IMG/VR virus record: IMGVR_UViG_3300009784_000001
Span: 118,418 to 182,417 of that record
Strand: one strand, 5' to 3'
Length of the DNA stretch: 64,000 nt
From: a virus
Taxonomy: Duplodnaviria; Heunggongvirae; Uroviricota; Caudoviricetes
The notes under the pieces were generated by a model. The model was not told where the DNA came from. It was given only the letters and a program-made list of their open reading frames with translations, and did no database searches. Shown here one piece after another: positions 9,801 to 17,147 of this stretch (position 1 is the first letter of the stretch; the number at the start of each line of letters is the position of its first letter). Both the position numbers and the translations under genes were made by a program.

Positions 9801-10362
9801 AAGTAATTCTGGTTACAACTGGTCAAAATATTCTGATATTGATTTACATATTGTTTACAATTTTAATGAAGTTTCAGATAAAACTGAATTTGTACAAAAT
9901 TACTTTGATTCAAAAAAAAGTGAATGGAATGATAGATATGAAGGCTTAAAAATTTATGGCTATCCTATTGAATTATATGTTGAAAATTTTAAAACTCCTG
10001 CAACATCTAATGGAAGATATTCATTAGAAAAAAATGAATGGTTACAATTTCCTTCAAAAGAAAATAATATAGAATATGATAAAGAATATGTAAAACAAAA
10101 ATCAGCAGAAATTATGACTAAAATTGATGATTATGAAGAAGAATTTAAAAATAATAAAGATTCTGCTGTTTTATCTGATTTAGCTGTTAAAGTTAATAAA
10201 CTTTGGTCGAAAATAAAAAATGCAAGAAAGGAAGATATAAGAATTCATAATGAAAATGGAATTTTTAATATGATTTTTAAAGTACTTCGTAGAAGTGAAT
10301 ATCTTCAAAAATTATATGAATTGAAAACAAGTCTTTTTGTGTTTTCAAATTCTTTAAGATAA
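3847..10362 (+). CDS. Large polyvalent multi-enzyme protein (ART-like x3-4, inorganic pyrophosphatase-like, HExxH peptidase, kinase-like, Pol-beta nucleotidyltransferase); putative internal head polyprotein
   Basis: FKKWFGDWE...SHST...GAGFYF (ART-PolyVal type); LYHVT; IYRE/GIYWS/DERE; DGDQVDV; THEVKH; IGEGNDG/VLK/DFHYGN/LFD; YHFT; VGSNSGYNWSKYSDIDLH. Confidence 0.85.
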   Translation: MEKHIVITSKQKNIIEEFERKKIFENDNWNQEGGYSKELFNIVKSEQFKKWFGDWENNPDSSSKIIDENGFPLIVSHSTNSKFDTFDMSHFGKSDPGMYGAGFYFMDALENHSYGNISMAVFLNVRKPFYTDAFNTKEEMADYLDISEDILTQNEGGFRPSINYAQTFNSHVREKGHDGIVVKNGSWIGEIIVFNPNQVKSVRNQGFDEYSDNIYENLIYINEMSYELPGFNTTKLKNDYLKSQKKLYEGLITSYPIENVIKFINKSGILNGGKIWKESEYNTFENTILNDLYSFCIVLEGNKINEEEINKLMDSYGYYQNGKINIDNGNIKYSYLPKFDVDVSQFIKIYFPILYHVTLKQKLPKIMQQGLCPKDSNNQNFKHPSCVFLSTNKQTALDLFKKEEYGMNEKGEYVLLSVHITETSGYKFFFDQRVENAVYTYDNIHPQFITVKEEFTNENNMKKKIIITTAQQKLIEQYEKYSSIKEDRNQLQLPFDNQPQGKPNYLHFIDFLESVGKYGTIKGNGDIEKLYENAFDDARDQYVQEYQSYTDIEYEVENRYPQDEYPEYYDENGNLNDNAEEIINEIIEEQFEPDVTINLEIDKNRNLIHIYREITLPPLLDYTSGENDFYLKLKQQFTGAGIYWSWDKHGTDAYWGSSGGSDNIIMYGLVSPDNVNWIETIRMNGDPTYRDEREIRVFNNASIEIYMIIVDKTKQKLPLQSSIIVPGGNSGRDLAESTDIKSKIKVAEKETNTNPSDAQIDAENYKKGKVYINGFRIAIEQPKGSTRSGTDKNGKKWSIKMNNTYGYFLTTTNGLNPGKGQDGDQVDVFLGNKHNSKKIFVIDQFLNGKFDESKVFLLVNSKEEAESEYLKNYEKGWKGLKYVTEVNEETFKDWLYDRKHQMKPFAHYKDIKSNKINEINLPKIEIGDEIKIGRFKNKKATIEDYYLDNKSQPKIKTNKGDKKVFNFNINEALGVKFDLVPIAEYVTQAIVEDSNFEDYIQGAGEEDIIGDLEGQFLLEHTEELGFIDSIVVYYKLSENDWDREDSWANADNAKIKDGLLHGFYGNEGSVEIYISALYDKGNILELVTHEVKHLYDSYIKLMNNKSDDAWNDTMYGKIKQVSENNPLNDVFYLTGGTKELETFTQQSYQEMLNNRGNYKATRLWGNYEDLLKAKERYKQWDEETWKEKMSWYPDGYSFEKAKKDYISRIDKGIEDYLKNIGRLRSLYQNNNVSNANESLEYYHVTDASPESDEYKILKEGKIYNNYEELLKDKNVSIVKKIGEGNDGSAYLLDNNMVLKYTTYTKEAALAQQLLNKNLKHFVNIYEVGRMSNNNVYYILMEYVSNIDKKLNKKFDEILTEKSIEYRKMGNDTPKYWNNFNRPAFLLESNFINFLKNDKLLDNDFWNIAKQFIDALNELISNNIFPILDFHYGNFGFTEDGTLKLFDHWSAISYNNKLDENIINEKFMKYHTREEINEIFKNLVKEVKERIINKEILRPGNPYFLETENSNKRGVSFYFEIPILEIKIRVSDHPLQYDINRMWNENHFDLSEDNLADKIANLINRKTENVTVPSPIKHNLKLVKKNIIIPENKLYLIKNILKEALSSIVYHFTSLTNFYEIAKHNEILLSSSIAKDAESKYDKGTFFLSLTRQKNSDLGYTAGWNDNFVRIEFDGDKLNQNFKGEPMNYWGASMGKDYYMKRRDNVRDWEQLQKQKRTENEDRLYSNNNKIQNIYKYIKRVDALVKIDNMYRYIYPPMLNWDGKVFVYDNLNEFNKQSENTINDNLKEWFRSSKEEDSYMPMEKSGGNIINTTLNYIFKYMATYEYLKGNTDFKIKEAIPKYLQNYSLNDHKNLLLSTFNTRYLPNNVEMIAEDLQQKLRELSNFPKNDDSRKVLQLFSDYVRNNKIKDLKRPLVRESIEENIELEVDANQINLKSFEKKDELNPKLFQNDKLNSKVRLKLLEIADDFVDFLEIPWTEPRDIVLVGSNSGYNWSKYSDIDLHIVYNFNEVSDKTEFVQNYFDSKKSEWNDRYEGLKIYGYPIELYVENFKTPATSNGRYSLEKNEWLQFPSKENNIEYDKEYVKQKSAEIMTKIDDYEEEFKNNKDSAVLSDLAVKVNKLWSKIKNARKEDIRIHNENGIFNMIFKVLRRSEYLQKLYELKTSLFVFSNSLR

Positions 10363-10441
10363 TGAAATAAAATAAATAACAAAAAATAAAGTTAAATACT
10401 ATTTATTAATAAAATAATTGAAATCTAAATAAATCATAAAT

Positions 10442-12088
10442 ATGAGTAGAGATAAATTAACTCCTGAACAACAAAAAGCACAAATGCTTCACCTTATGAA
10501 TTTTAGAGGAGAAGTTAATGAAAACAAAAATACAAAATTAGGAACAGTTGAATATGCTAAGTTGGGTCCTAATGATAAAACGTATGCAATTATCAAAGAA
10601 AACAATAGATTTTATATTGAAGTTGCTCCCAAAAAAGATAATGTAGTATTAGAAGATTATGAATATCTTGGAGGCTCAAAAATATATAAAAATTTATATG
10701 AATATACTTCTTATAATCATGCTTTAAAAATATTTGAAGAATATATGATGAATCTTAATAGTTCTCATGGTAAAGTTTTGAATGAAGAAAAAAAGCAAAA
10801 TGAATATCAAGAATTAATGACTGAATCTTCTCTTTCAATGAAAAAAGAAATAGAAAGACAAAGACAAATCATGATAAATGCTTCAAAGATTATGAATGAA
10901 AGTTCAGGAATGACTTCATATAAATTGAATGAAGAAAATGCACCAATGACAAAACATCCAGGAGATCCTGAAAGTAATGGAAAAGCAGGACCTTTTCAAA
11001 AACAAGGAGATCCATTTGTTATAACAGATAAGCCTGGCGATATGAATGATTTATCTAATAATGGTAATCCAGGCCCAGTTGCAACAGCAGGTGATCCATT
11101 TGATAAAGGGACAAAAGGTGAAAAAGCAGAAGATTCCACAGTTGTAAAAGATTTAGGAACAGCTGGTCAAGGAAAATCTATTGCTATGGCAGAACCTCCA
11201 ACAGAAGCAAAAGCTGTAAAAGTTAATGAAGGTGCATTAAATGAATTGAGTATTGATGATGATTCTATTTTAACAGATGAAATATCACCTGATGAAGATG
11301 AAATTTCATTAGATGATGATTTATTCAGTGATGATGATACTTCAATGAGTAGCAATGCTGCTATTGATACACAAGATGTAGATTTAGATAAACAAGACAT
11401 AGAGCTTGATTCACAAGATATAGAATTAGACCAAGAATTAATTGATAAAATTAGTGATTTAGAAAGTAAAATAGAAAATTTAACCGCTTTATTAAATGAT
11501 GAAGAAGTAGCAACTGATGAAATTGTTCCTGACACTGGTGAAGAAACAACAGATTTAGATATTGATGAAGTAACTCCTCCATTTCAAGAATCAAAACAAA
11601 AAATTAATCAACCAACATTAAAAGAAACTATCAAAAAAGCTGTTAATTCAGGAAAAGGTGCTTATTTAGTTAATGAAGATGGTACTGTATTACATGATTT
11701 TGGGAATCATCCAGGATATAGGAAAGTTCCATTTTCAACACCAGCTAATCAAGATCCAACTGAAAAACAAAGTTCAGACACAAAAGATTGGTTTGGTCCA
11801 TCAGCAGCAAATGATCAACCATTTGGACAAAAAATAGGAAGTGGCGATCCATTTGAAGAAAAAGTACAATTAATAACTGATGCAATTATGGCAGAATGTA
11901 TTAAAAAAGGTATCTTCAAAAAAGTAAATGAAAAAATGGAAGTTACTCCTGATTGGGAGCCTAAAAAAAAGGGTAATCATGAAAAGAGTTTAGCTATGAA
12001 TCGTTTGGATGCCAATGGTACAATACATGGAGATTTTGCTGATAGCCAAAAGGGGACGAAAATGTCAGAAAATAAAAAAAAAGTGTAA
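10442..12088 (+). CDS. Acidic putative prohead/internal head protein with GDPF repeats
   Basis: 548 aa, Asp/Glu-rich core, repeated GDP(F) motifs and x-N-E sites; TATTTAT upstream. Confidence 0.6.
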   Translation: MSRDKLTPEQQKAQMLHLMNFRGEVNENKNTKLGTVEYAKLGPNDKTYAIIKENNRFYIEVAPKKDNVVLEDYEYLGGSKIYKNLYEYTSYNHALKIFEEYMMNLNSSHGKVLNEEKKQNEYQELMTESSLSMKKEIERQRQIMINASKIMNESSGMTSYKLNEENAPMTKHPGDPESNGKAGPFQKQGDPFVITDKPGDMNDLSNNGNPGPVATAGDPFDKGTKGEKAEDSTVVKDLGTAGQGKSIAMAEPPTEAKAVKVNEGALNELSIDDDSILTDEISPDEDEISLDDDLFSDDDTSMSSNAAIDTQDVDLDKQDIELDSQDIELDQELIDKISDLESKIENLTALLNDEEVATDEIVPDTGEETTDLDIDEVTPPFQESKQKINQPTLKETIKKAVNSGKGAYLVNEDGTVLHDFGNHPGYRKVPFSTPANQDPTEKQSSDTKDWFGPSAANDQPFGQKIGSGDPFEEKVQLITDAIMAECIKKGIFKKVNEKMEVTPDWEPKKKGNHEKSLAMNRLDANGTIHGDFADSQKGTKMSENKKKV

Positions 12089-12153
12089 ATGAAGAAGAAA
12101 CTAAAAAAGTTCTTCGATTACCAAGAAAAAACAACCCTGAATCTGGCAAGGAA

Positions 12154-12546
12154 ATGATGGATATGTCACCCATGGATAATAACATGAGTAGTGAACCATT
12201 ACAAAATCAAATGCCACCAATGAATGATAATATTCCACCTACAGGAGATATGGGAAATGTGGAAAATTCAGAAATGCAAGAATTAATAGATTTATTAAAT
12301 GCAAATCCTGATAGAATTGAAGGAATAACAAATTATGCAAAAGGAATTATAGGAAATGATACAGTTCCTAAAGAAATGCAAAATGAAATGCCACCAGTAG
12401 GGGGAATGCAAGAAAGTAAAAATTATAATTTAGATGAAATTGTAGATGAAATTTTAAATAATAAAGATAGAAAGTTAAAACCTTCAATAACTAGACCACA
12501 AACACAAACGAGTGCAAAAGATAAATTATTCAAACCAAAATTTTAA
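12154..12546 (+). CDS. Met/Pro-rich hypothetical protein; possible -1 frameshift extension of the previous gene
   Basis: Frame is open back to the A9 run at 12074-12082 (SVNEEETKKVLRLP...). Confidence 0.6.
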   Translation: MMDMSPMDNNMSSEPLQNQMPPMNDNIPPTGDMGNVENSEMQELIDLLNANPDRIEGITNYAKGIIGNDTVPKEMQNEMPPVGGMQESKNYNLDEIVDEILNNKDRKLKPSITRPQTQTSAKDKLFKPKF

Positions 12547-12550
12547 GATT

Positions 12551-12580
12551 AAATCCTGAAGTAATTCAGGATTTTTTTTA
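12551..12580 (+). terminator. Intrinsic terminator
   Basis: aaatcctgaa-gtaa-ttcaggattt perfect stem followed by a T run. Confidence 0.8.
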
Positions 12581-12613
12581 TTAAAATATTTATGATAAAT
12601 AGAATAACTTAAG

Positions 12614-13003
12614 ATGATACAAAATTTTTTTGTCAATAAAGGAAGTACCTTACCAATATTAGAACTTAAATTAATAAATGATGGAAGGCATAATTCTGAT
12701 GAAGTATTTTTCAATAACTTACAAGATGCACAGTTATACTTTACAATGTCTGACCTTGACACAAGTGTAGTAAAAATAGCTCATCAACCAGCTATTATAA
12801 TACCAAATGATGATTGTGATGGAACATTTAATATTGGTTATGAATGGAAAGAAAGAGATACTAATAGGGAAGGAAAATATGTAGGTTTCTTTGAAATTAA
12901 CTTTAATGGTTCATTTGATAATAATTTTATAGGAAAAAATCTAATTATACCTATTCGTAACACATTAATAATAAATATAATGAAAGGATTAATAAAAAAG
13001 TAA
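12614..13003 (+). CDS. Putative virion structural protein (BppU-N/Ig-like type)
   Basis: FFVNKGSTLPILELKL...IGYEWKERDT...Y.GFFEI resembles small baseplate-associated beta-sandwich proteins; late-type motif upstream. Confidence 0.4.
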   Translation: MIQNFFVNKGSTLPILELKLINDGRHNSDEVFFNNLQDAQLYFTMSDLDTSVVKIAHQPAIIIPNDDCDGTFNIGYEWKERDTNREGKYVGFFEINFNGSFDNNFIGKNLIIPIRNTLIINIMKGLIKK

Positions 13004-13013
13004 AATATAAAAA

Positions 13014-13676
13014 ATGAGAGCAACACATGATTCATTATCAAGTTACAAAGTCAAATATTGGATATTAAAACCATTAAACTTTATGGCTAAATGTCAAACA
13101 AAAACATTAGAAGAACAATATAATGCAGGTGCAAGAAGTTTTGATTTAAGATTTATATATCACAGAAAAAAATGGTATGCAGCACATGGAATACAAATAT
13201 ATGATATTACATTAGATGAAGCATTAAAAACATTAAATAAATTATCAACAAAAGAAGATCCACTATATTTTAGAGTATTGTGTGAAGATACAATGATTAA
13301 ATCAGATTTACATTTATTATGTAATGCAATTTTAGATTGGTTAAATAATAATCCAAATACATTAAAACCTTTATATATTAATAGTAAGAAAACATGGGAA
13401 ACAGGTTATGAATGGGAATATGTAAAAGAAACTGCTAATTATGACAGTTATCCTTCAATGGGAAATGATAGAAAAGATCTCTGTCTACGTGTATCAAAAA
13501 TGTATGAACTTGAAACAAGTGATGATAAAATAAATTTTATTGGTTGTTATGAAAGTAGTGGAATACCAAGGTTATTTGGTTTACCTTATCCAAAAACGGC
13601 TGCCAATGCTTTAACTCCAATTGCATTATCAAAAAAATGGAAAATAAATGATTGTCCAGTTGTTGATTTTATTTAA
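13014..13676 (+). CDS. PI-PLC X-domain-like phosphodiesterase
   Basis: ATHDS...KCQ.KTLEEQYNAGARSFDLR...AAHG matches the two catalytic His regions of PI-PLC enzymes. Confidence 0.75.
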   Translation: MRATHDSLSSYKVKYWILKPLNFMAKCQTKTLEEQYNAGARSFDLRFIYHRKKWYAAHGIQIYDITLDEALKTLNKLSTKEDPLYFRVLCEDTMIKSDLHLLCNAILDWLNNNPNTLKPLYINSKKTWETGYEWEYVKETANYDSYPSMGNDRKDLCLRVSKMYELETSDDKINFIGCYESSGIPRLFGLPYPKTAANALTPIALSKKWKINDCPVVDFI

Positions 13677-13732
13677 TTTCTATTGATTTTACATTTATTT
13701 TTTTTATTTTTTTAAATAAAATTATATAATTT

Positions 13733-14818
13733 ATGAAAAAAGAACAAAGTAGTTTAATTCCTAAAACAGATTTAATAGAAAAAAACAATTCTGAAATAGG
13801 TATAAAAGAGAAAAATCCAATTATAACTATTGGTATTCCTCAATATAAAGAAGATGAAAAAAAGATTTATTCTTTATTATCAATGATTAATAATCAAGTA
13901 GGAATTGATTTTAATGATATTGAAGTAATTATTTGTAATGATGCTTCAGATGTGATATTAAATGATGATTTTTTAAATTCATTTTATAATTTTACTCCAA
14001 AATATATAAAACTAACAGAAAATGTTGGTCCTGGTTTATGTCGTCAAGCTGTATTAGATAATATGATAGGACAATATGTTTTATTTTGTGATGGGGATGA
14101 CACTTTACATTCAATTGCTGTAATAGGATTATATCTTAATCTTATTAAACAAAATCCAGAAATGAATATTATTTATACTTCATGGTTAGAAGAATTGGAA
14201 AAACAAGATGGTACTTTAATATATATTGAACATAAATCAGATGCGACATGGATGCATACAAAATTATTAAAAAAATCATTTGTAGATGAAGTTAATGTTA
14301 AATTCCATCCTAATTTAAGAGTGCATGAGGATAGTTATTTCTTGGGATTACTATATGAATTAACTGATAAGAGAGCATTTTTTGATATAACTACTTATCT
14401 ATGGAGATATGGTAAAGAAAGCATAACAAGAGTTAATAACAGTATATATACTTATAATTCATTACCAGTTTTTATTCAAGCAATTTTATTAGTAATTGAA
14501 GAATTAGAAAATAGAAATGCAGCTAAAGAAAAAATAAATTATAAAGTTTTACAATTACTTTTATATATTTATTTTAATCAACAATTAAGTATGTGGAACA
14601 ATGATGCTGTAAAAACATATAAAATCGAATGTGAAAAAATGTTGCAAATATTGATGGTTAAATATAAGGAGATAATTGAAAATTGTAATCCAAATGAATT
14701 TAATCTTATTTATAATGAAGAAAGAAAAAAAATATTATTACCTGTTAATGAAATAGAAAAAGAACCGTTTAATACATTTTATTTGAGAATTTTAAATACA
14801 AATTATAGAAATAAATAA
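13733..14818 (+). CDS. Glycosyltransferase family 2 (GT-A)
   Basis: ITIGIPQY, EVIICNDAS, GPGLCRQ, YVLFCDGDD (DxD), HEDSYF. Confidence 0.9.
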   Translation: MKKEQSSLIPKTDLIEKNNSEIGIKEKNPIITIGIPQYKEDEKKIYSLLSMINNQVGIDFNDIEVIICNDASDVILNDDFLNSFYNFTPKYIKLTENVGPGLCRQAVLDNMIGQYVLFCDGDDTLHSIAVIGLYLNLIKQNPEMNIIYTSWLEELEKQDGTLIYIEHKSDATWMHTKLLKKSFVDEVNVKFHPNLRVHEDSYFLGLLYELTDKRAFFDITTYLWRYGKESITRVNNSIYTYNSLPVFIQAILLVIEELENRNAAKEKINYKVLQLLLYIYFNQQLSMWNNDAVKTYKIECEKMLQILMVKYKEIIENCNPNEFNLIYNEERKKILLPVNEIEKEPFNTFYLRILNTNYRNK

Positions 14819-14878
14819 ACCTGAAAGGGTATATTTTACAACAAATTCATAATTATTATAACCGAAAAGGTATAAATT

Positions 14879-14911
14879 ATCCTGTTATTAAATTCAATAA
14901 CAGGATTTTTT
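14879..14911 (+). terminator. Intrinsic terminator
   Basis: atcctgttatt-aaattc-aataacaggat stem followed by a T run. Confidence 0.8.
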
Positions 14912-15000
14912 ATTTTTTCTAAATACAGTGAGATTGTCCAGCATCATAATATACAATTATATAAATATTTATTATAATAAACAAAAATATTTGATTAAAA

Positions 15001-16140
15001 ATGATAACACCTGAACAAGAAGAATTATTTGAATATATAAGGGTTTCATTAGGAGCACCAATTCTTGAAGTAGAACTACTTGATGATCAATTATGTGTAT
15101 TAATGAAATATTGTGTAAAAGATTATGCAAAAGAAGTTCAAAATTGGTTAATATTGAATCAATGGCAAACATTAGCTGGTAAAAATATATTAAATACTGC
15201 TGAAATGCAATGGGCATTAACAATGAGAACTTTTGATTATACAAAAGAATATTCATATTATTTTTCAAAAGACGCTGGTTTACAACAAAGAGGACCTTGG
15301 GAATTAAAAAAAGATTATTTCTCAATAGAAAAAGGAAAACAAAGTTATTTAATTCCAGCTGGTAGAGAAATAAACAAAGTTTTATATGTTACTCCTAATA
15401 CAACTGATGCTGCTTTATATGCAAATGCAGGCGGAATTATTGGTATGGGTGGTTTTGGAGGTGTTGGAATGGCTCAAGTTGGAGGTGCTGCGGGTTTTGG
15501 TGGAGGGTTTTCTGGCTTATTTGTATCCCCAGCTTATGATACTGCATTGTTATCTTCTGATTTAAAATATAAACAAAGTTTATTAGGTGGAGAATTGGTA
15601 TATAAAGTAACAGCAGGACCTGATGGCAGTCATATAGTACATTTATTATCAACTCCTGGGTCTAAATTATCATTCATGTTCAGTGGTCTTGGAACAAATG
15701 GAATATTTGGTATTAAAGGATGTGAAGTTTGGTATACTTATTATGATGTATCTCCTGATAATGCTGATCAATGCAAAAAAGATAATACAGATGTATTATT
15801 AACCCCAGATCAAGTTCCAATTGATGTAATGTCTTACGCTTTTTTTAATGAACCAACAAAACAAACAATTAACCAATTATTGTTAGCAAAAGCAAAACAA
15901 ACTCTAGGATTAATTAGAGGTAAATTCAGTGGAGCTGTATTAATTCCTGATGCAGAAGCAACATTAGATTATAATATGTTAATTCAACAAGGAATTGAAG
16001 AATACAAAACTGTAATGGATGAATTAAAACAAAGACTTGAATTAATGAGACCTGAAAATCTTTTGAAAAGACAAGCAGATATGGCTAATTCTATGATAGA
16101 AGTAATTAAAAATCAACCATTAGGATTGTATGTTATTTAA
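15001..16140 (+). CDS. gp13: Neck/head-completion protein, T4 gp13-like
   Basis: N-terminal LGAPILEVELLDDQL; C-terminal LLAKAKQTLGLIRGKFSGAVLIP...LIQQG.EE...PLGLYV pattern typical of gp13 homologs. Confidence 0.7.
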   Translation: MITPEQEELFEYIRVSLGAPILEVELLDDQLCVLMKYCVKDYAKEVQNWLILNQWQTLAGKNILNTAEMQWALTMRTFDYTKEYSYYFSKDAGLQQRGPWELKKDYFSIEKGKQSYLIPAGREINKVLYVTPNTTDAALYANAGGIIGMGGFGGVGMAQVGGAAGFGGGFSGLFVSPAYDTALLSSDLKYKQSLLGGELVYKVTAGPDGSHIVHLLSTPGSKLSFMFSGLGTNGIFGIKGCEVWYTYYDVSPDNADQCKKDNTDVLLTPDQVPIDVMSYAFFNEPTKQTINQLLLAKAKQTLGLIRGKFSGAVLIPDAEATLDYNMLIQQGIEEYKTVMDELKQRLELMRPENLLKRQADMANSMIEVIKNQPLGLYVI

Positions 16141-16151
16141 TATTTAAATTT

Positions 16152-16664
16152 ATGAGAAAGTTTATATTAAAAGAAAGCCAAATAAAATTACTGGTAGAAG
16201 ATGAAATGAATCAAAAATATATTGATTTAGTTAAAAATGCTAATATAGATAATATTGATTTTGAAGTTGCAGAAGATGATATTGGAAGAAGTATTACATT
16301 TTCAAACCAAAGTAGTAGATTATTTATATTACCAGTCATTAATGGAATTGAAATACCTATTGAATTGATTAGATTTAATGTTACTCCAAAAACACGTAAA
16401 ATAGATAGTGGTGAAACAATAGAAGTTTATGATACAGATATATATGTTAATCCAGCTTTAAGAGGTAATGATATATCAGTAAAAATGTTTTATGCTTTTA
16501 TAAAAATATATGGAAATTTAATGATTGTTAAATCAAGTATTCATAATCCAGATGGAATTGCTAAAATTGCATGGAGATTGAGTAAAATGTCCAATATTAT
16601 TTTTACAGAAGAAACAGATGATAATGGCAATTTTGCTGGATATTTATTTCGTTATCAATATTAA
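16152..16664 (+). CDS. Putative GNAT acetyltransferase with N-terminal KFILKESQ leader
   Basis: DIYVNPALRGNDISVKMF resembles GNAT motif A; leader MRKFILKESQIKLLVE. Confidence 0.45.
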   Translation: MRKFILKESQIKLLVEDEMNQKYIDLVKNANIDNIDFEVAEDDIGRSITFSNQSSRLFILPVINGIEIPIELIRFNVTPKTRKIDSGETIEVYDTDIYVNPALRGNDISVKMFYAFIKIYGNLMIVKSSIHNPDGIAKIAWRLSKMSNIIFTEETDDNGNFAGYLFRYQY

Positions 16665-17059
16665 TACATTTCAATATCAATATTATGTTCTTGCAATTTT
16701 TCATCTACTTCTTCAAAAGTATCTCCATAATGAAATACTAATCTGTTGAATGGATATTCTTCATAATCAGTAATATTTTCCCAAGCAAGGGCAACAATTT
16801 TATCTATACAATCTTGCATAGAAAAGCATGTATTATCTTGAGCAACATCTAAATTTAATTTGGAAATTACTTTTTTAGTTAAATCATAAGTTGAATTATG
16901 TGGTAACTTATCTACTTGAGAACAAATACCAGAAGGAATGGTTGACCAACCATCTCCCCATACAATACTAATATCAGTACTAAACATAAATTCATATTGA
17001 TATTCATCATCTGAATTTTTACCAATCTTATTTATAAAAATCAATTTATAATCTTCCAT
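16661..17059 (-). CDS. Hypothetical acidic protein
   Basis: 132-aa ORF downstream of the tRNA, same strand. Confidence 0.65.
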   Translation of the reverse strand: MEDYKLIFINKIGKNSDDEYQYEFMFSTDISIVWGDGWSTIPSGICSQVDKLPHNSTYDLTKKVISKLNLDVAQDNTCFSMQDCIDKIVALAWENITDYEEYPFNRLVFHYGDTFEEVDEKLQEHNIDIEMY

Positions 17060-17073
17060 AATTTATCTATTTG

Positions 17074-17147
17074 TGTTCCCGACCAGAATTGCACTGATAA
17101 CCTACTGATTATGAGTCAGTTGCTCTAACTGATTGAGCTACGGGAAC
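17074..17147 (-). tRNA. tRNA with CAT anticodon (likely Ile2/lysidine type, Met not excluded); no encoded CCA
   Basis: Acceptor GTTCCCG/CGGGAAC plus A; D arm TAGCTCAATCAGTTAGAGC; anticodon arm ACTGA-CTCATAA-TCAGT; T arm ATCAG-TGCAATT-CTGGT. Confidence 0.92.
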
